Positions 1 through 9,748 of a DNA stretch of 64,000 bases are shown one piece after another. The first letter of the stretch is position 1; the number at the start of each line of letters is the position of its first letter. The translations under genes and the position numbers were made by a program. The stretch comes from an uncultured archaeon (GTDB taxonomy: Archaea; Thermoproteota; EX4484-205; JAAOZP01): the NCBI GenBank assembly GCA_938045545.1, contig CALIBN010000008.1, forward strand, positions 1 to 64,000, written 5' to 3'. Under the pieces are notes generated by a model. The model did no database searches, was not told the origin of the DNA, and worked only from the letters and a program-made list of their open reading frames with translations.

Positions 1-158
1 TGACCTTTCCTTTAACAGTGATTTTGAAGAAACACTCCTCGCCGCCAAGCACGCTCCTTATTTCGCTAGCCTTAAAGTAAAGTTGTCTATACTCAGGCTT
101 ATGGCCTTTCTCAACCACGGCTTTGAGGATATTTTCATCCCTGCCTGAGCCTTGCATG
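1..158 (-). CDS. Hypothetical protein, 5' part only (runs off the window edge)
   Basis: Open frame MQGSGRDENILKAVVEKGHKPEYRQLYFKASE... from the ATG at 158, with a TATA-like tttatata about 25 bp upstream. Confidence 0.45.
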
Positions 159-250
159 ATTCAGGAGATCGAGTATTTTCTTATATAAACGCCACTACTC
201 CGTTTTAATCAATTTAAAATTCAACATTTTGAATTAGTGATTACACGCTT

Positions 251-1426
251 TTAAGTGCATTCCGCTTTTATTTTCTCCATGTTTCGTCTGAACAACTCAA
301 GGTTCATTAGGAAGGGTATTGGCGATGGATCTAACTCATGCTCTTTGATTTCAAAATCCAACATTTCCCTAACATTCTTAACCAAACCGAACCACCCCAT
401 TCCGTCAGTAATGTAGATGAGCCTGTATTTTCCTCGACAGGCCTTCTTCAACTCCATGAAGTGGCGGACAACCTCTCTTATTTTCGACATCGAGGTTGTG
501 AAATAGTTTGTCTCAACCACGAACTGTATACGGTTGTTCGCTATCAGAACGAAGTCAAAACGCTTATCTTCCTTCCTCCAGAATTTCTCTGCAGTGTAAA
601 CGTATCTCGGCTCGCTTTGCAGGGTGTTCTGCGTTTTAAGAAAAGCCTCTAGGTCTTCGATATCACTAATCTTATCGTAAGGCTTGAAGATAAAACCAGA
701 GCTCTCTAGGATTTCCCTTACTTTCTGCGACCCATATTTTCCCCTCTCTCTTTTAATCAATTCAACATTGACTGTTCTGAGGCTCCGTTCAAGCGAGCTT
801 CTGACAGTATCGTTTTCAATAAGCTTCTTCAAATCCTCGTTTCTCACGACAAACTCGGCGATTCTTCGGGGAACCGTAGCGTCGTTCTCTATTCTGGCCC
901 TCCACAACGGCCAACATTCTTTCTCGCTACCAGTGTAGCCTGTAACTACTTTCTTGAAAGTTGCAAGCCTAACAACCTCGTCAGAGCCTAAACCATTAGG
1001 GCTAATGTAACTGTTCCATTTTTTCGAAGAGTATGTTTTCTCAAACTGTTTCCTAAACACCGGTTCCGTCTCGAGAAGCCTCTCATAATACTCTATGTTA
1101 TGAATCTCGTTCCGATCAAAGAAGAAGTGGATCAGCTCCAGGTTGGTAAAGCGAAGCTGCCTATGCAGGTGGGCAAGTATGAGGAATATCCGGGGGTCCC
1201 GCTTTATCAGTTCAGCTATCCTGTCTATAAGTTCCTCCTCTGTCACATATCTTCCCTTCAGGCTTTGAATGCTCTCCACAGCCCTCCAGAAGGCCTCTTC
1301 ACCTGAGAAAACCCTCTTTAAAAAGGGTGTGACACCCTCCGCCGCCATGGTGATGGGGATCTCGCATGCGAGGTCTAGCGTGCTATAGAACTCTGCCAGC
1401 CTCCGGTACACATGCCTCATGGCCAA
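251..1426 (-). CDS. DpnII-family type II restriction endonuclease (true start possibly 1348)
   Basis: C-terminal KRFDFV...VETNYF..SMSK..E and YITDGMGW resemble DpnII/MboI motifs; divergent from a Dam-type methylase. Confidence 0.8.
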   Translation of the reverse strand: MAMRHVYRRLAEFYSTLDLACEIPITMAAEGVTPFLKRVFSGEEAFWRAVESIQSLKGRYVTEEELIDRIAELIKRDPRIFLILAHLHRQLRFTNLELIHFFFDRNEIHNIEYYERLLETEPVFRKQFEKTYSSKKWNSYISPNGLGSDEVVRLATFKKVVTGYTGSEKECWPLWRARIENDATVPRRIAEFVVRNEDLKKLIENDTVRSSLERSLRTVNVELIKRERGKYGSQKVREILESSGFIFKPYDKISDIEDLEAFLKTQNTLQSEPRYVYTAEKFWRKEDKRFDFVLIANNRIQFVVETNYFTTSMSKIREVVRHFMELKKACRGKYRLIYITDGMGWFGLVKNVREMLDFEIKEHELDPSPIPFLMNLELFRRNMEKIKAECT

Positions 1427-1547
1427 GCCTCAGCCAAAAACCCTAACTCTTCTGGACTGAAAAATCTTTCCTAGAAAGCTCTGGAAAAACTGGTAATTCT
1501 CTTAGGATATGTTTTTAGGCAGGTAGCCTGAGAAATATGATAGGAAT

Positions 1548-2528
1548 ATGGTTGGAGCTGCACAAAAACTTGGTTTAAACAAGACGCCGAGTGGACATAT
1601 TGGGGAAAGAGCTCCTGAGCCCTTTGTAAAATGGGCCGGGGGGAAATCGCAGCTCCTCAAAGTTTTCAGCATGCTTTACCCAAGGAGGTTTAAAACATAC
1701 TATGAGCCTTTTCTGGGCGGTGGAGCCGTTTTCTTCGACCTTTACGCTAAGTGTAAGATAAGCAGAGCAGTCCTATCCGACTTGAACGCTGACCTGATGA
1801 ACCTGTGGGCAGCCATCAGGGAGAACGTCGACGAGCTGATCAGTCAGCTGGAGGCTCTCAGGAGGAAGGTGAACGACCGGGCTTTCTACTATGAGAAGAG
1901 AAAGGAGTTCAACTCGATCAAGCTCCGCGAGAATTTTCTCGACGAGCCGGATATTCGTAAAGCCAGCCTGCTGATATTCTTGAACAAGACTTGTTACAAC
2001 GGGCTTTACAGGGTTAATGCGAAGGGAGAGTTCAACGTTCCCTTCGGAAGATACAGGAATCCTCAATTGTTCGACGAGGCGAACCTAAGGGCTGTGCACC
2101 AAGCTCTGAAAGACAGGGATAGAATAAGGCTGCTCTGCACGGATTTCCAAGATGCTGTAAAGGATGCTGAGAAGGGAGACTTCATATATTTCGACCCGCC
2201 TTACCAGCCTCTTGGGAAAACGGCGAATTTCACAGAGTATACTGCAGGCGGCTTCGGTCCAGATGAGCAGAAAAGACTGGCCGAAGTCTTCAGAAACAGG
2301 GACGAGCGCGGCTGCCTCCTCATGCTGAGCAATTCTAGCAAAAGGGAGTTTCTCGAACCCCTCTACAAGCCCTATTTTGAAAAAGGCTATGTTTTAGAAG
2401 TTAAGGCTGCCAGGGCAATCAGCAGCATAGGCAGCAAGCGTGGTCCTGTGAAGGAATTTGTAATAATGAACTACGCCCCTAACCGTGACCAAAACCTCAG
2501 CCGCTTTTTAAGAACCGAAATAGATTAG
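1548..2528 (+). CDS. Dam/DpnM-family DNA adenine methyltransferase (D12 class, probably GATC)
   Basis: KWAGGK, YYEPFLGGGAV, LNKTCYNGLYRVN..G.FNVPFG, YFDPPY. Confidence 0.93.
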   Translation: MVGAAQKLGLNKTPSGHIGERAPEPFVKWAGGKSQLLKVFSMLYPRRFKTYYEPFLGGGAVFFDLYAKCKISRAVLSDLNADLMNLWAAIRENVDELISQLEALRRKVNDRAFYYEKRKEFNSIKLRENFLDEPDIRKASLLIFLNKTCYNGLYRVNAKGEFNVPFGRYRNPQLFDEANLRAVHQALKDRDRIRLLCTDFQDAVKDAEKGDFIYFDPPYQPLGKTANFTEYTAGGFGPDEQKRLAEVFRNRDERGCLLMLSNSSKREFLEPLYKPYFEKGYVLEVKAARAISSIGSKRGPVKEFVIMNYAPNRDQNLSRFLRTEID

Positions 2529-2624
2529 GAGGAAACTTAAGCAAGCCGTAGGAAGCTTTTGCCGATTAAGCATTCCTAATATTTGTGGTTAAAAGGCAAT
2601 CAACCATAATTTTATTCGGAAAAA

Positions 2625-3611
2625 TTGTTAAATTTAAGTGAAGATGATGAAGCATACATAGTAGACTTGGTGAGAAAGAGAAAGGAGAAACAGGTTTCCA
2701 AGTATATCGTTATGCAAGAGTTTAAAAAAGAGGATTATCTACAATTCATCAAAAATCATAGCTCTGTAGTAATCGAGGATACTCGGGTTCCCTTAAGGAA
2801 AAAATGGAGAATCAAGACTTTCACCCCTCCCGATGCTTATATTCCTGAAAGGGAAACAGTCTGGAGCTTCCCGGACAGGGGAGACTGGGCTACGCACGTC
2901 GGCGACTACAGAGGGAACTGGTCGCCCTACATTCCGAGAAACCTGATTCTGAAATACACCGAAAAGGGAGATACTGTCCTAGACCAGATGGTGGGGAGTG
3001 GAACAACGCTGGTTGAATGCAAACTATTAGGTAGAAACGCTATCGGCATAGATATAAACCCCAACGCGTTAATAGTGACTCACGACAGGCTTAACTTTCA
3101 GTATAGACCGTTAACCGGGGAATACACGGAGCCGGAGATACGGGTTTACCTGGGTGACGCCCGGAACCTGGATAAAATCCCTGATGACTCAATAGACTTG
3201 GTGGCGACCCACCCTCCTTACGCGCATATTGTTTCATACTCGAAATCACGCGTTGAAGGCGATCTTTCAGCGCTATCGTTTGAAGACTATTTAAGGGAAA
3301 TGGGCGTGGTTGCGAAGGAAGCCTACAGGGTTCTTAAGCCCGGAAAACACTGTGCCATACTGATAGGCGATACGCGGAAGCATAAGCACTACGTGCCCAT
3401 ATCCTTCAGAGTGATGCAGAAATTCTTGGAAGCAGGATTTATACTTAAGGAAGACATTATCAAGCAGCAGTGGAACACGAAGACAACGAGGGAGAAATGG
3501 AGGAAGGCGGTTTATGATTTCTACCTGATAGCACACGAGCATCTGTACGTTTTCAGGAAACCCTCGAAAAAAGAGGAGCTTAGAAAATTTAAATTGAGCA
3601 CAGCATGGTGA
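2625..3611 (+). CDS. N4/N6 amino-DNA methyltransferase, TRM11-like SAM fold (probable start 2712)
   Basis: YRGNWSPYIPRNLI, motif I DQMVGSGTT, motif IV THPPY, HEHLYVFRK. Confidence 0.85.
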   Translation: MLNLSEDDEAYIVDLVRKRKEKQVSKYIVMQEFKKEDYLQFIKNHSSVVIEDTRVPLRKKWRIKTFTPPDAYIPERETVWSFPDRGDWATHVGDYRGNWSPYIPRNLILKYTEKGDTVLDQMVGSGTTLVECKLLGRNAIGIDINPNALIVTHDRLNFQYRPLTGEYTEPEIRVYLGDARNLDKIPDDSIDLVATHPPYAHIVSYSKSRVEGDLSALSFEDYLREMGVVAKEAYRVLKPGKHCAILIGDTRKHKHYVPISFRVMQKFLEAGFILKEDIIKQQWNTKTTREKWRKAVYDFYLIAHEHLYVFRKPSKKEELRKFKLSTAW

Positions 3612-3645
3612 TGAAAAAGTGTTCAGAAAAGTAAAAGTCGGAGAT

Positions 3646-4185
3646 ATGGTAAGAGAAGGCAGTGAAAGAAAAAGAGTTCTGGAAATTGTAGAGTTGTCGA
3701 ACGGTTGGCAAGTAGTTAAGACTGAAAACAAGAAGTCTCCCCGTGACTTTAAGGTTAAGATAATTAACCCTAAACACCCGCAAGGCCTAACCATCAAGCA
3801 CGCTCATTTCGCTATCGACTTATACGGGAAGCTTTGCCAGAATAGAGAAAAGGCCCTCAAGGTTCTAGAGGCAATCAGCAAAGTTTGGCAGGGCGTAAAC
3901 GTGAGAGAAGTATTGGATAAGTATGAGCCCTATACCCGTGGTCTAGTCGGGTATAGTTTAGAGTATATCCTCTACTCGTTAAACTGGATTTTAGAGCAGG
4001 AGGATGTTAACTTCACTGGACGACCACCTAATAAGCAGAAAGAGCTGGATGAAAAAATAGAAAGGCAGGGGATTAAAACTCCAGAGGGAAGACTGGGCAG
4101 CCAATTAGCAGTCGCACTTCTCTGCGATATTGCGAGCGGGGTCCACCCGGTAGAAGCCTTCTATGGTGCTGGATTAAAAATATGA
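3646..4185 (+). CDS. Hypothetical protein co-oriented with the methyltransferase
   Basis: Intact ORF with GGAGA just upstream of ATG 3646; no family recognised. Confidence 0.65.
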   Translation: MVREGSERKRVLEIVELSNGWQVVKTENKKSPRDFKVKIINPKHPQGLTIKHAHFAIDLYGKLCQNREKALKVLEAISKVWQGVNVREVLDKYEPYTRGLVGYSLEYILYSLNWILEQEDVNFTGRPPNKQKELDEKIERQGIKTPEGRLGSQLAVALLCDIASGVHPVEAFYGAGLKI

Positions 4186-4219
4186 TTTTTAAGCCGGATA
4201 AGCGCGGGCCAATATTCTC

Positions 4220-4700
4220 ATCTATAAAAACCAAAACCACAATCATTATATAAGCTTTTACATCCTTTCTAACCCCGTCAAATACTTTAAGAGCATGTTC
4301 TTCAACAATCTTCCTGTCCTTCTCAAGGATTACCGTGTTCGGTGACCTTTCTGCTATAAAGTACTGAGATAAAGAGGCTCACTCTTATTCATGCTCTCTA
4401 ATCATGATTCTTTTAACATCCTTATACACCATGAGGCATTGGGACAACCATGATGGAACGAGTTTAAGCGCGCCCAGATTTTATCTTTTCGAATTGTCGA
4501 TTTGACCTCAATTACTATGAGCTCATTCTTTACTGTTATGACAACTATATCTACTTTTTCGTTCATGCCATAAACTCGGCGTTCAAACAGTATATCTTTC
4601 ACTTCCTTTCCGAATATCTCGCCTTTTCCCTCCTCAACTGGATCAGAGGAGACGCTTGCAATAGCAATTTTTGAGAGTTGTAGAGAAAATTTGAGTTATT
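4220..4700 (-). pseudogene. Degraded PD-(D/E)xK nuclease-like fragment
   Basis: ILFER...KVDIVVI....LIVIEVKS motif; frame broken by stops and shifts; boundaries approximate. Confidence 0.5.
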
Positions 4701-5000
4701 CGTAGTATCTGCTTATTTTTCTATGTCCTGTTATTTTATTACTTTCCTCTTAGTGTATCTTCATCCGCCTTATAGCATCAAATGCCATCGGATGAGCCTG
4801 TCTAGTAACCAGTAAAAGACTAGCGCGGCTATAAATACGGTTATATTTCAAATATGATACTTACTCTAGCCTTATCTAACATATGAATGATCTTCTAGAT
4901 GACATTATTTTTCCTGTACAAATTTGATTTGTAAGTTCGGCTTTAAAATTGCTCCATGCAAAGGATAATATTGGTTTGATGAAGAAGATGTTAATAAGAA

Positions 5001-5183
5001 GTGGAGAAGCTTGAGGTTAAGGATTTAACCGAGGAGGAGATTAAGATCGTGAGAGAATTTATCGATTTACTAAGGACAAGGAGGGCTAAGAAGCCAAGGG
5101 GGAGTAAGGAAATAGCCTTCAAAAGCTGGCCCTTGAAAGTTAAGGGTAGGCTTACGAGAGAAGAAATCTATGGCCACCTCTGA
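5001..5183 (+). CDS. Small VapB-type antitoxin
   Basis: 60 aa, ends LTREEIY, overlaps the start of a PIN-domain ORF. Confidence 0.65.
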   Translation: MEKLEVKDLTEEEIKIVREFIDLLRTRRAKKPRGSKEIAFKSWPLKVKGRLTREEIYGHL

Positions 5184-5307
5184 CGTTATCGCCCTTCTAG
5201 ATACTAACGTTCTGGTTTACGCTGCTGACGAGGCATCGCCTTTCCATCGAAGATCGAGAGATTTAAGAAATAGTTCAGAATCGCCTTCTCCTCGTAAACA
5301 TCGCTAG
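5170..5307 (+). pseudogene. Truncated VapC (PIN) toxin, N-terminus only
   Basis: MATSDVIALLDTNVLVYAADEASPFH; PIN DTNVL motif, stops after 45 codons. Confidence 0.7.
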
Positions 5308-5377
5308 TCTCTTCCTAATGAGCATCAATAAACTAGTGGAAAAGCCTTTTAAGCAGACAACCCTTCAATATTTCAGG

Positions 5378-5622
5378 CTGTCTGAATATGTCGCTCTATT
5401 TGAAGAGTATGAGAGGAATTGGTCCTGGTTTAGGGAAAACTATGGGGAGTTAGTGAAGAAGTTTGACGGTGAATTCGTAGCAATATCCGAACAGAACATA
5501 GTAGATCATGACAAGGAGCTGAGTAATCTAATGGAGAGGATCAGAGAAAAATATCCGAGGAAAACGTTTTCGTTGATTTCGTGAGCCGCGAAAAGCTGAT
5601 GCTGATACTCGAAGCCGCCTGA
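5378..5622 (+). pseudogene. DUF5678-like small protein, frameshifted near the C-terminus
   Basis: NWSWFRENY.EL.KKFDGEFVAI....IVDHDKEL; natural tail EENVFVDFVSREKLMLIL lies in another frame. Confidence 0.6.
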
Positions 5623-5638
5623 GGAGCCCGTTTTCTAA

Positions 5639-5752
5639 ATGAGGATTTCATGCTACTTTGACAATAGGTTTGAGCCTCCAGCTCCGTTCATCAAGGCAAC
5701 GCTTGAATCAAAAACAGCGTCAACCTTTTCACAGCTTATAAACTCTTATTAG
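5639..5752 (+). pseudogene. Possible 5' fragment of a retropepsin-like partner of DUF5678
   Basis: MRISCYFDNRFEPPAPFIKATL resembles the N-terminus of such proteases; ends before any DTG motif. Confidence 0.4.
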
Positions 5753-5787
5753 CACACGCTATAGGATCCCATCATATAGCTGCATTA

Positions 5788-6120
5788 TCATATTTCCTCT
5801 TCTACTACTTCTTCCGTTAGTTTTCGACCACAATTACTACAAAACTTTGCCCAATGAAGAACTGGTTTCCCACAATAAGGACAGAAATACATCCTCTCCC
5901 AGTAACTCCTTCGCCTCATCTTTACTGAATGTTTTCTGATTTTTCTTGTAATAACAGCTATCAGGATTGTTGACGGAATAGTAACTATTATTATAACTAT
6001 TGGCAGCCATTTAGTTTTTCTCTCAACTCTCCACTCTGCCTGCACGGTTTTTGGTGCATTAATCAAAACCTCATTTCCCTCCATCTCCTTCCAACCCTCA
6101 AACACTGCAACCCCATCCTA
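5788..6120 (-). pseudogene. 3' fragment of a surface protein (stalk repeat, TM helix, zinc ribbon)
   Basis: FEGW...INAPKTVQAEWR, hydrophobic helix, FCPYCG...FCSNCG; no N-terminal part. Confidence 0.55.
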
Positions 6121-6557
6121 AACAATTCGGATGAAAGCACAACATGGTTAAAGCTATTATTCCGAGCGGCTATGTATGCGACAACCAATTCTTTAAAATA
6201 GACATCGACAATTCGAAACTATCAGGATAGACTTCATCTTTAAAAAGTAATTTTTCCAAGCCGACTTTCTTTTTTTATTAAGTGCACACAACCCATTTTA
6301 TATCAACACAAGGTATAGCGGGCTCATAGTACAATCTGTCATATAAAATTTATTTTCAGCCTTAGAAAAGATTTACTGTAGAGAAGTATGTCTGGAAGGT
6401 CCTTGCGCGCACTAGAAACTCGCTTAAATAAACCAGAGCATTAGGCTTCTTAAACAATTTCATCCCGACCTGAATAATGGGGCCTAGTGTTTAATTTAAG
6501 TTTTTGATAGAGAAGGTTTTTAAGTTGCTTTCTCTACACTTATATGGAGGATAGTCT

Positions 6558-6914
6558 TTGGGATTTGTCAGGGTTAAAGCAAGGGTCTGGAACATTGAAT
6601 GCCCAGAGAATGCTACGGAGGTCACGCTTCTAGCTGACAGCGGCGCCATCTACACCGTCTTGCCGGAAAGCCTCCTCAAATCGATAGGTGTTAAAAGTAT
6701 TGGGAGGAGAAGATTCAGGCTGGCCAATAATCAGGTTCTTGAAAAAGACATAGGCATCGTAGGCATGGAGGTTAACGGCGTAAAGACGCATACGATAGCG
6801 GTCTTCGGTGATGAAAACGTATATCTCTTAGGGGTTGTAACACTCGAAGAGCTGGGTTTAGAAGTGGATCCGATAAGAGGTGAACTGAAACCGCTTGAGC
6901 TATTGTTAATGTGA
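6558..6914 (+). CDS. Clan AA (retropepsin-like) aspartic protease
   Basis: LADSGAIYTVLP and LLGVVTLEELGLEVDP; GGAGG RBS and upstream TATA. Confidence 0.85.
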   Translation: MGFVRVKARVWNIECPENATEVTLLADSGAIYTVLPESLLKSIGVKSIGRRRFRLANNQVLEKDIGIVGMEVNGVKTHTIAVFGDENVYLLGVVTLEELGLEVDPIRGELKPLELLLM

Positions 6915-6965
6915 ATTACCTATTAGTGCGATTATTGAGTTAATTTGAAAACTTTCCAGACTTTA

Positions 6966-7085
6966 AGAATGCATGATCCTGATGTAGTTATACTTTTATT
7001 TGCTTCCGGGAAACTTGTGTGTACTGGTGCTGTTAACGAGAAGATGATTTACGACGCCGCTGAGAAGCTTATGGCTGAGCTGATT
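6966..7085 (+). pseudogene. tbp: TBP 3' fragment, copy 1
   Basis: RMHDPDVVILLFASGKLVCTGAVNEKMIYDAAEKLMAELI matches the end of a TBP repeat; ENFP remnant just upstream (6947). Confidence 0.85.
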
Positions 7086-7117
7086 AAGTTTGTAATCCGC
7101 ATCTCTAAGCTCTTTGG

Positions 7118-7660
7118 TCAGGCTTTCTCTATGGCGTTAATTATCTCGGCATAGTCCCTTGCGCTACAATACCATCCCTCTTTGATAATCCTATCTATTA
7201 CTTGTTTTCCCTCTTGTCTCGTTAGGGCACCACGCTTTACAAGTTGTATTACCACATGAGGTGTGCTTGAGACCCTCACGCCGAGGGTTTTGGCTACATG
7301 CCTACCTCTCTTATCGTCCATGACAGCAATTCCATCGAGTTCGATGGATAAAGATATGACCGTGGCCTCGCCATAATGTATGCCAGAGTTCTTAAGCTTC
7401 TTCACAACATCTTCATTCACATGTGCCACTACTTCGATTATATGCAATTTAAATGCATTCCTCAATTCGTTAACCTCGTCGGCATGTTTCTCAACGCCCT
7501 TCTCAACTACTTCCTGATAGACTGCTCTCGTCGTAACCAGCCTGAAGGGTAGATTGGTAAGCCGCTTTATGATTCCTGCTTTTGTTAGGTATATGAGAGG
7601 CGTTGAATTGAAAACTAACGCAGTCTTTCTATCGCTTCGTCTAATTCGAATTCTGCCCAT
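7118..7660 (-). CDS. DUF3368-type PIN-domain toxin
   Basis: VFNSTPLIYL, VYQEVV..G, GEATVI.L, MDDKRGR. Confidence 0.85.
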   Translation of the reverse strand: MGRIRIRRSDRKTALVFNSTPLIYLTKAGIIKRLTNLPFRLVTTRAVYQEVVEKGVEKHADEVNELRNAFKLHIIEVVAHVNEDVVKKLKNSGIHYGEATVISLSIELDGIAVMDDKRGRHVAKTLGVRVSSTPHVVIQLVKRGALTRQEGKQVIDRIIKEGWYCSARDYAEIINAIEKA

Positions 7661-7908
7661 TCGATTCCCTCTTTCTTAACCAGGTCTATAAAGTCCCATA
7701 AAGTCATCCCCGCCATCTCAGAAGCCTTCCATAGGGAAATCCTGCCCTCCCTAAGCTTTTCGAGGGCTCTTTTCAGCCTCCACTCCCTATATCCAATATG
7801 TACCAATATCCTTAGGGCGGTTGACTTGTCCACGGATTCTTCTTTAACTACCTCCTCTACGGCACGTTCCATCTCTTTAGTAAGACGCACACCCAGTATG
7901 GATGTCAT
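7615..7908 (-). CDS. UPF0175-family antitoxin
   Basis: RHH-like N-terminus, G.ISLWKASEMAG; overlaps the PIN gene. Confidence 0.85.
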   Translation of the reverse strand: MTSILGVRLTKEMERAVEEVVKEESVDKSTALRILVHIGYREWRLKRALEKLREGRISLWKASEMAGMTLWDFIDLVKKEGIEWAEFELDEAIERLR

Positions 7909-7912
7909 TTTC

Positions 7913-7931
7913 TGTTAAACAATGTTTAACA
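7913..7931. promoter_or_regulatory. Perfect inverted repeat, candidate TA operator
   Basis: TGTTAAACA-A-TGTTTAACA between a minus-strand TATA (about 7936-7943) and the UPF0175 start. Confidence 0.6.
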
Positions 7932-8060
7932 TTCAATATAAACCTTTCTGTTGACACTCAGCTCCATGAAGGAGACAGTAGCCTCTACCATGCCCTTTGG
8001 AAACACCGATGGAATAATTGGAATCTAGCCTTTGGGGCGAGAAAAATAGAGGATTTGATT

Positions 8061-8216
8061 CTTATTTACAGAATGCATGATCCAGATGTTGTTATGTTAT
8101 TATTTGCTTCTGGGAAATTGGTTTGCACAGGCGCGGTTAATGAGAAGATGGTCTACGATGCCGCGGAGAAACTCATGAACGAGTTGATTCAGAAGGGATT
8201 GTTAATTGGATACTGA
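8061..8216 (+). pseudogene. tbp: TBP 3' fragment, copy 2
   Basis: LIYRMHDPDVVMLLFASGKLVCTGAVNEKMVYDAAEKLMNELIQKGLLIGY*. Confidence 0.88.
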
Positions 8217-8275
8217 AAAGTTTATTACAAATGGTTTTTATTCTTATCTTTCTTAATGTCGGACGGAATTCTCTT

Positions 8276-8490
8276 GATTCTGCTAATGCTTTAGTTCAGA
8301 CTTCCGACAAGGTTTACGCCATAGCAGGCATCACCATGTCCTATGGGCTGGCTATTCTGATTTTTGGCTTGTTAAGACCGATGCTTATCAAAAAACGGAC
8401 GCCACGATTTCAATTTCAGTGATGATAGTAGCAGTCGTTATAATAGTGATGGTCATAGCGGTAGTGCAAGCATTGAGGAGAATGTTTTAA
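8276..8490 (+). pseudogene. 3' fragment of a beta-propeller-repeat surface protein with TM anchor
   Basis: DSANALVQTSD..YAIAG.T.SYG (frameshift) GYSDFWLVKTD, then a hydrophobic tail and RR. Confidence 0.6.
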
Positions 8491-8740
8491 TGTTTTCGAT
8501 ACTCATGATCCCAAGTATTTTGCAATTCTAGAGAATAATACGCTGTGATAACGATTATATTATCGTCTTCTTTCCTATACACGACAATAAGAGCGTTATT
8601 ATTTGTTTTCACAATGTTTTTAGACAGATCGTGCTCAACGATAACCCTATCAGGAGACTCTATACATTTGGAAACCTTTTCAATCGGTATTTTCCTCTGC
8701 CTGATTCTTTCTAACGCATGCACCGTTAAATTATTTTCAA
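8487..8740 (-). pseudogene. DUF4258 (BrnT/RelE-like) toxin, apparently frameshifted
   Basis: TVHALERIRQR.I...VVY......IVITAY; the TTG start overlapping the upstream stop is out of frame by 1 nt. Confidence 0.65.
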
Positions 8741-8955
8741 GGCTTAGCTACAATCTCTATGCCCTTCACAAGGATTTCTCCAATATCCATTTTCGACTTG
8801 GAGAAATTAATCACCTCGATACCAAGTACCTCACCGTTCTGATCGAAGTCAACAATTACATTATCCCTGATTTCGAGACTATCCGCTATATCGCCATTTC
8901 TAACCCTGATATACAGCGCATCAGCCAAAGAATCGTATTTCACCCTATACTCCAT
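8737..8955 (-). CDS. DUF2283 antitoxin-like protein
   Basis: YDSLADALYI...VIVDFD.NG.VLGIEVIN.SK. Confidence 0.88.
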   Translation of the reverse strand: MEYRVKYDSLADALYIRVRNGDIADSLEIRDNVIVDFDQNGEVLGIEVINFSKSKMDIGEILVKGIEIVAKP

Positions 8956-9122
8956 TACTATCTAAAACATTTATTTCGACAGATTTAAAGATTCCCATTT
9001 TAAAAACATCCCAGCTAAACTACTCGCTCAGGCTAACTTCTAAGATTTTTTCGGATTCTTTTCAAGGACGGATCCTAAAGTTTAAGAAAGTGAAGAAAGG
9101 CTTAAACAGGATGGTTGCGGTT

Positions 9123-9495
9123 TAAGGTTTTCTGAGGAAGCCAATAAGGGTCTGTCACACATAATACTCTGTTAGAAGGCCCGCAACATCGCTCCGACAG
9201 GTTCGAGGGCCAGGAGACAATAGTTGAGAAGATGCTGAGGGAGATAAGGAAGTTCGGGGAATCAATCTGCTGATAGACCAGAGGCTCCTCGCAGTATCTA
9301 GGAAATACTAGGGCTCTGCGCCACGATAACCTGCCTGAGGCTACAATATGCGAGCGACGCGGGGAAGGTTGCTGACACCATGCACCTAAACGAGGAGCAG
9401 ACGTTAAAGCTCAGGAGCTCAAGCAGGGGGAAGCAATAGCATTACTCCCGAGAATGAGTATGGCAATACCGATTATAGTGCAGATATAATCCCTT
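9123..9495 (+). pseudogene. Degraded C-terminal fragment of a HerA/VirB4-like ATPase
   Basis: Across frameshifts: ETIVEKMLREIRKFGES..IDQR, CLRLQYASD..KVADTMHLNEEQ, LKQGEAI. Confidence 0.6.
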
Positions 9496-9500
9496 ATTCT

Positions 9501-9656
9501 GGCCTAATATATAGAATGCATGATCCTGATGTAATTATACTTTTATTTGCTTCCGGGAAACTTGTGTGTACTGGTGCTGTTAACGAGAAGATGGTTTACG
9601 ACGCTGCCGAGAAGCTTATGCAAGAGTTGATTCAGAAAGGATTGTTAATTAGATAG
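9501..9656 (+). pseudogene. tbp: TBP 3' fragment, copy 3
   Basis: GLIYRMHDPDVIILLFASGKLVCTGAVNEKMVYDAAEKLMQELIQKGLLIR*; not in the ORF track. Confidence 0.88.
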
Positions 9657-9748
9657 CGAATGATACCTAATCCATATTGGTTCTTCACTTGTCCAGCGTT
9701 AAGGAGCTGTTTTTCAATAGAGTTGGTTAAGAAGAGCGCGCTAGATTT

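Noticed and set aside
6945-7154. ORF-track proteins containing TBP sequence (also 7902-8216 and 16450-16647) as functional TBP genes
   Set aside because: Each holds only part of one TBP repeat joined to unrelated flanking sequence; reported as fragments instead.
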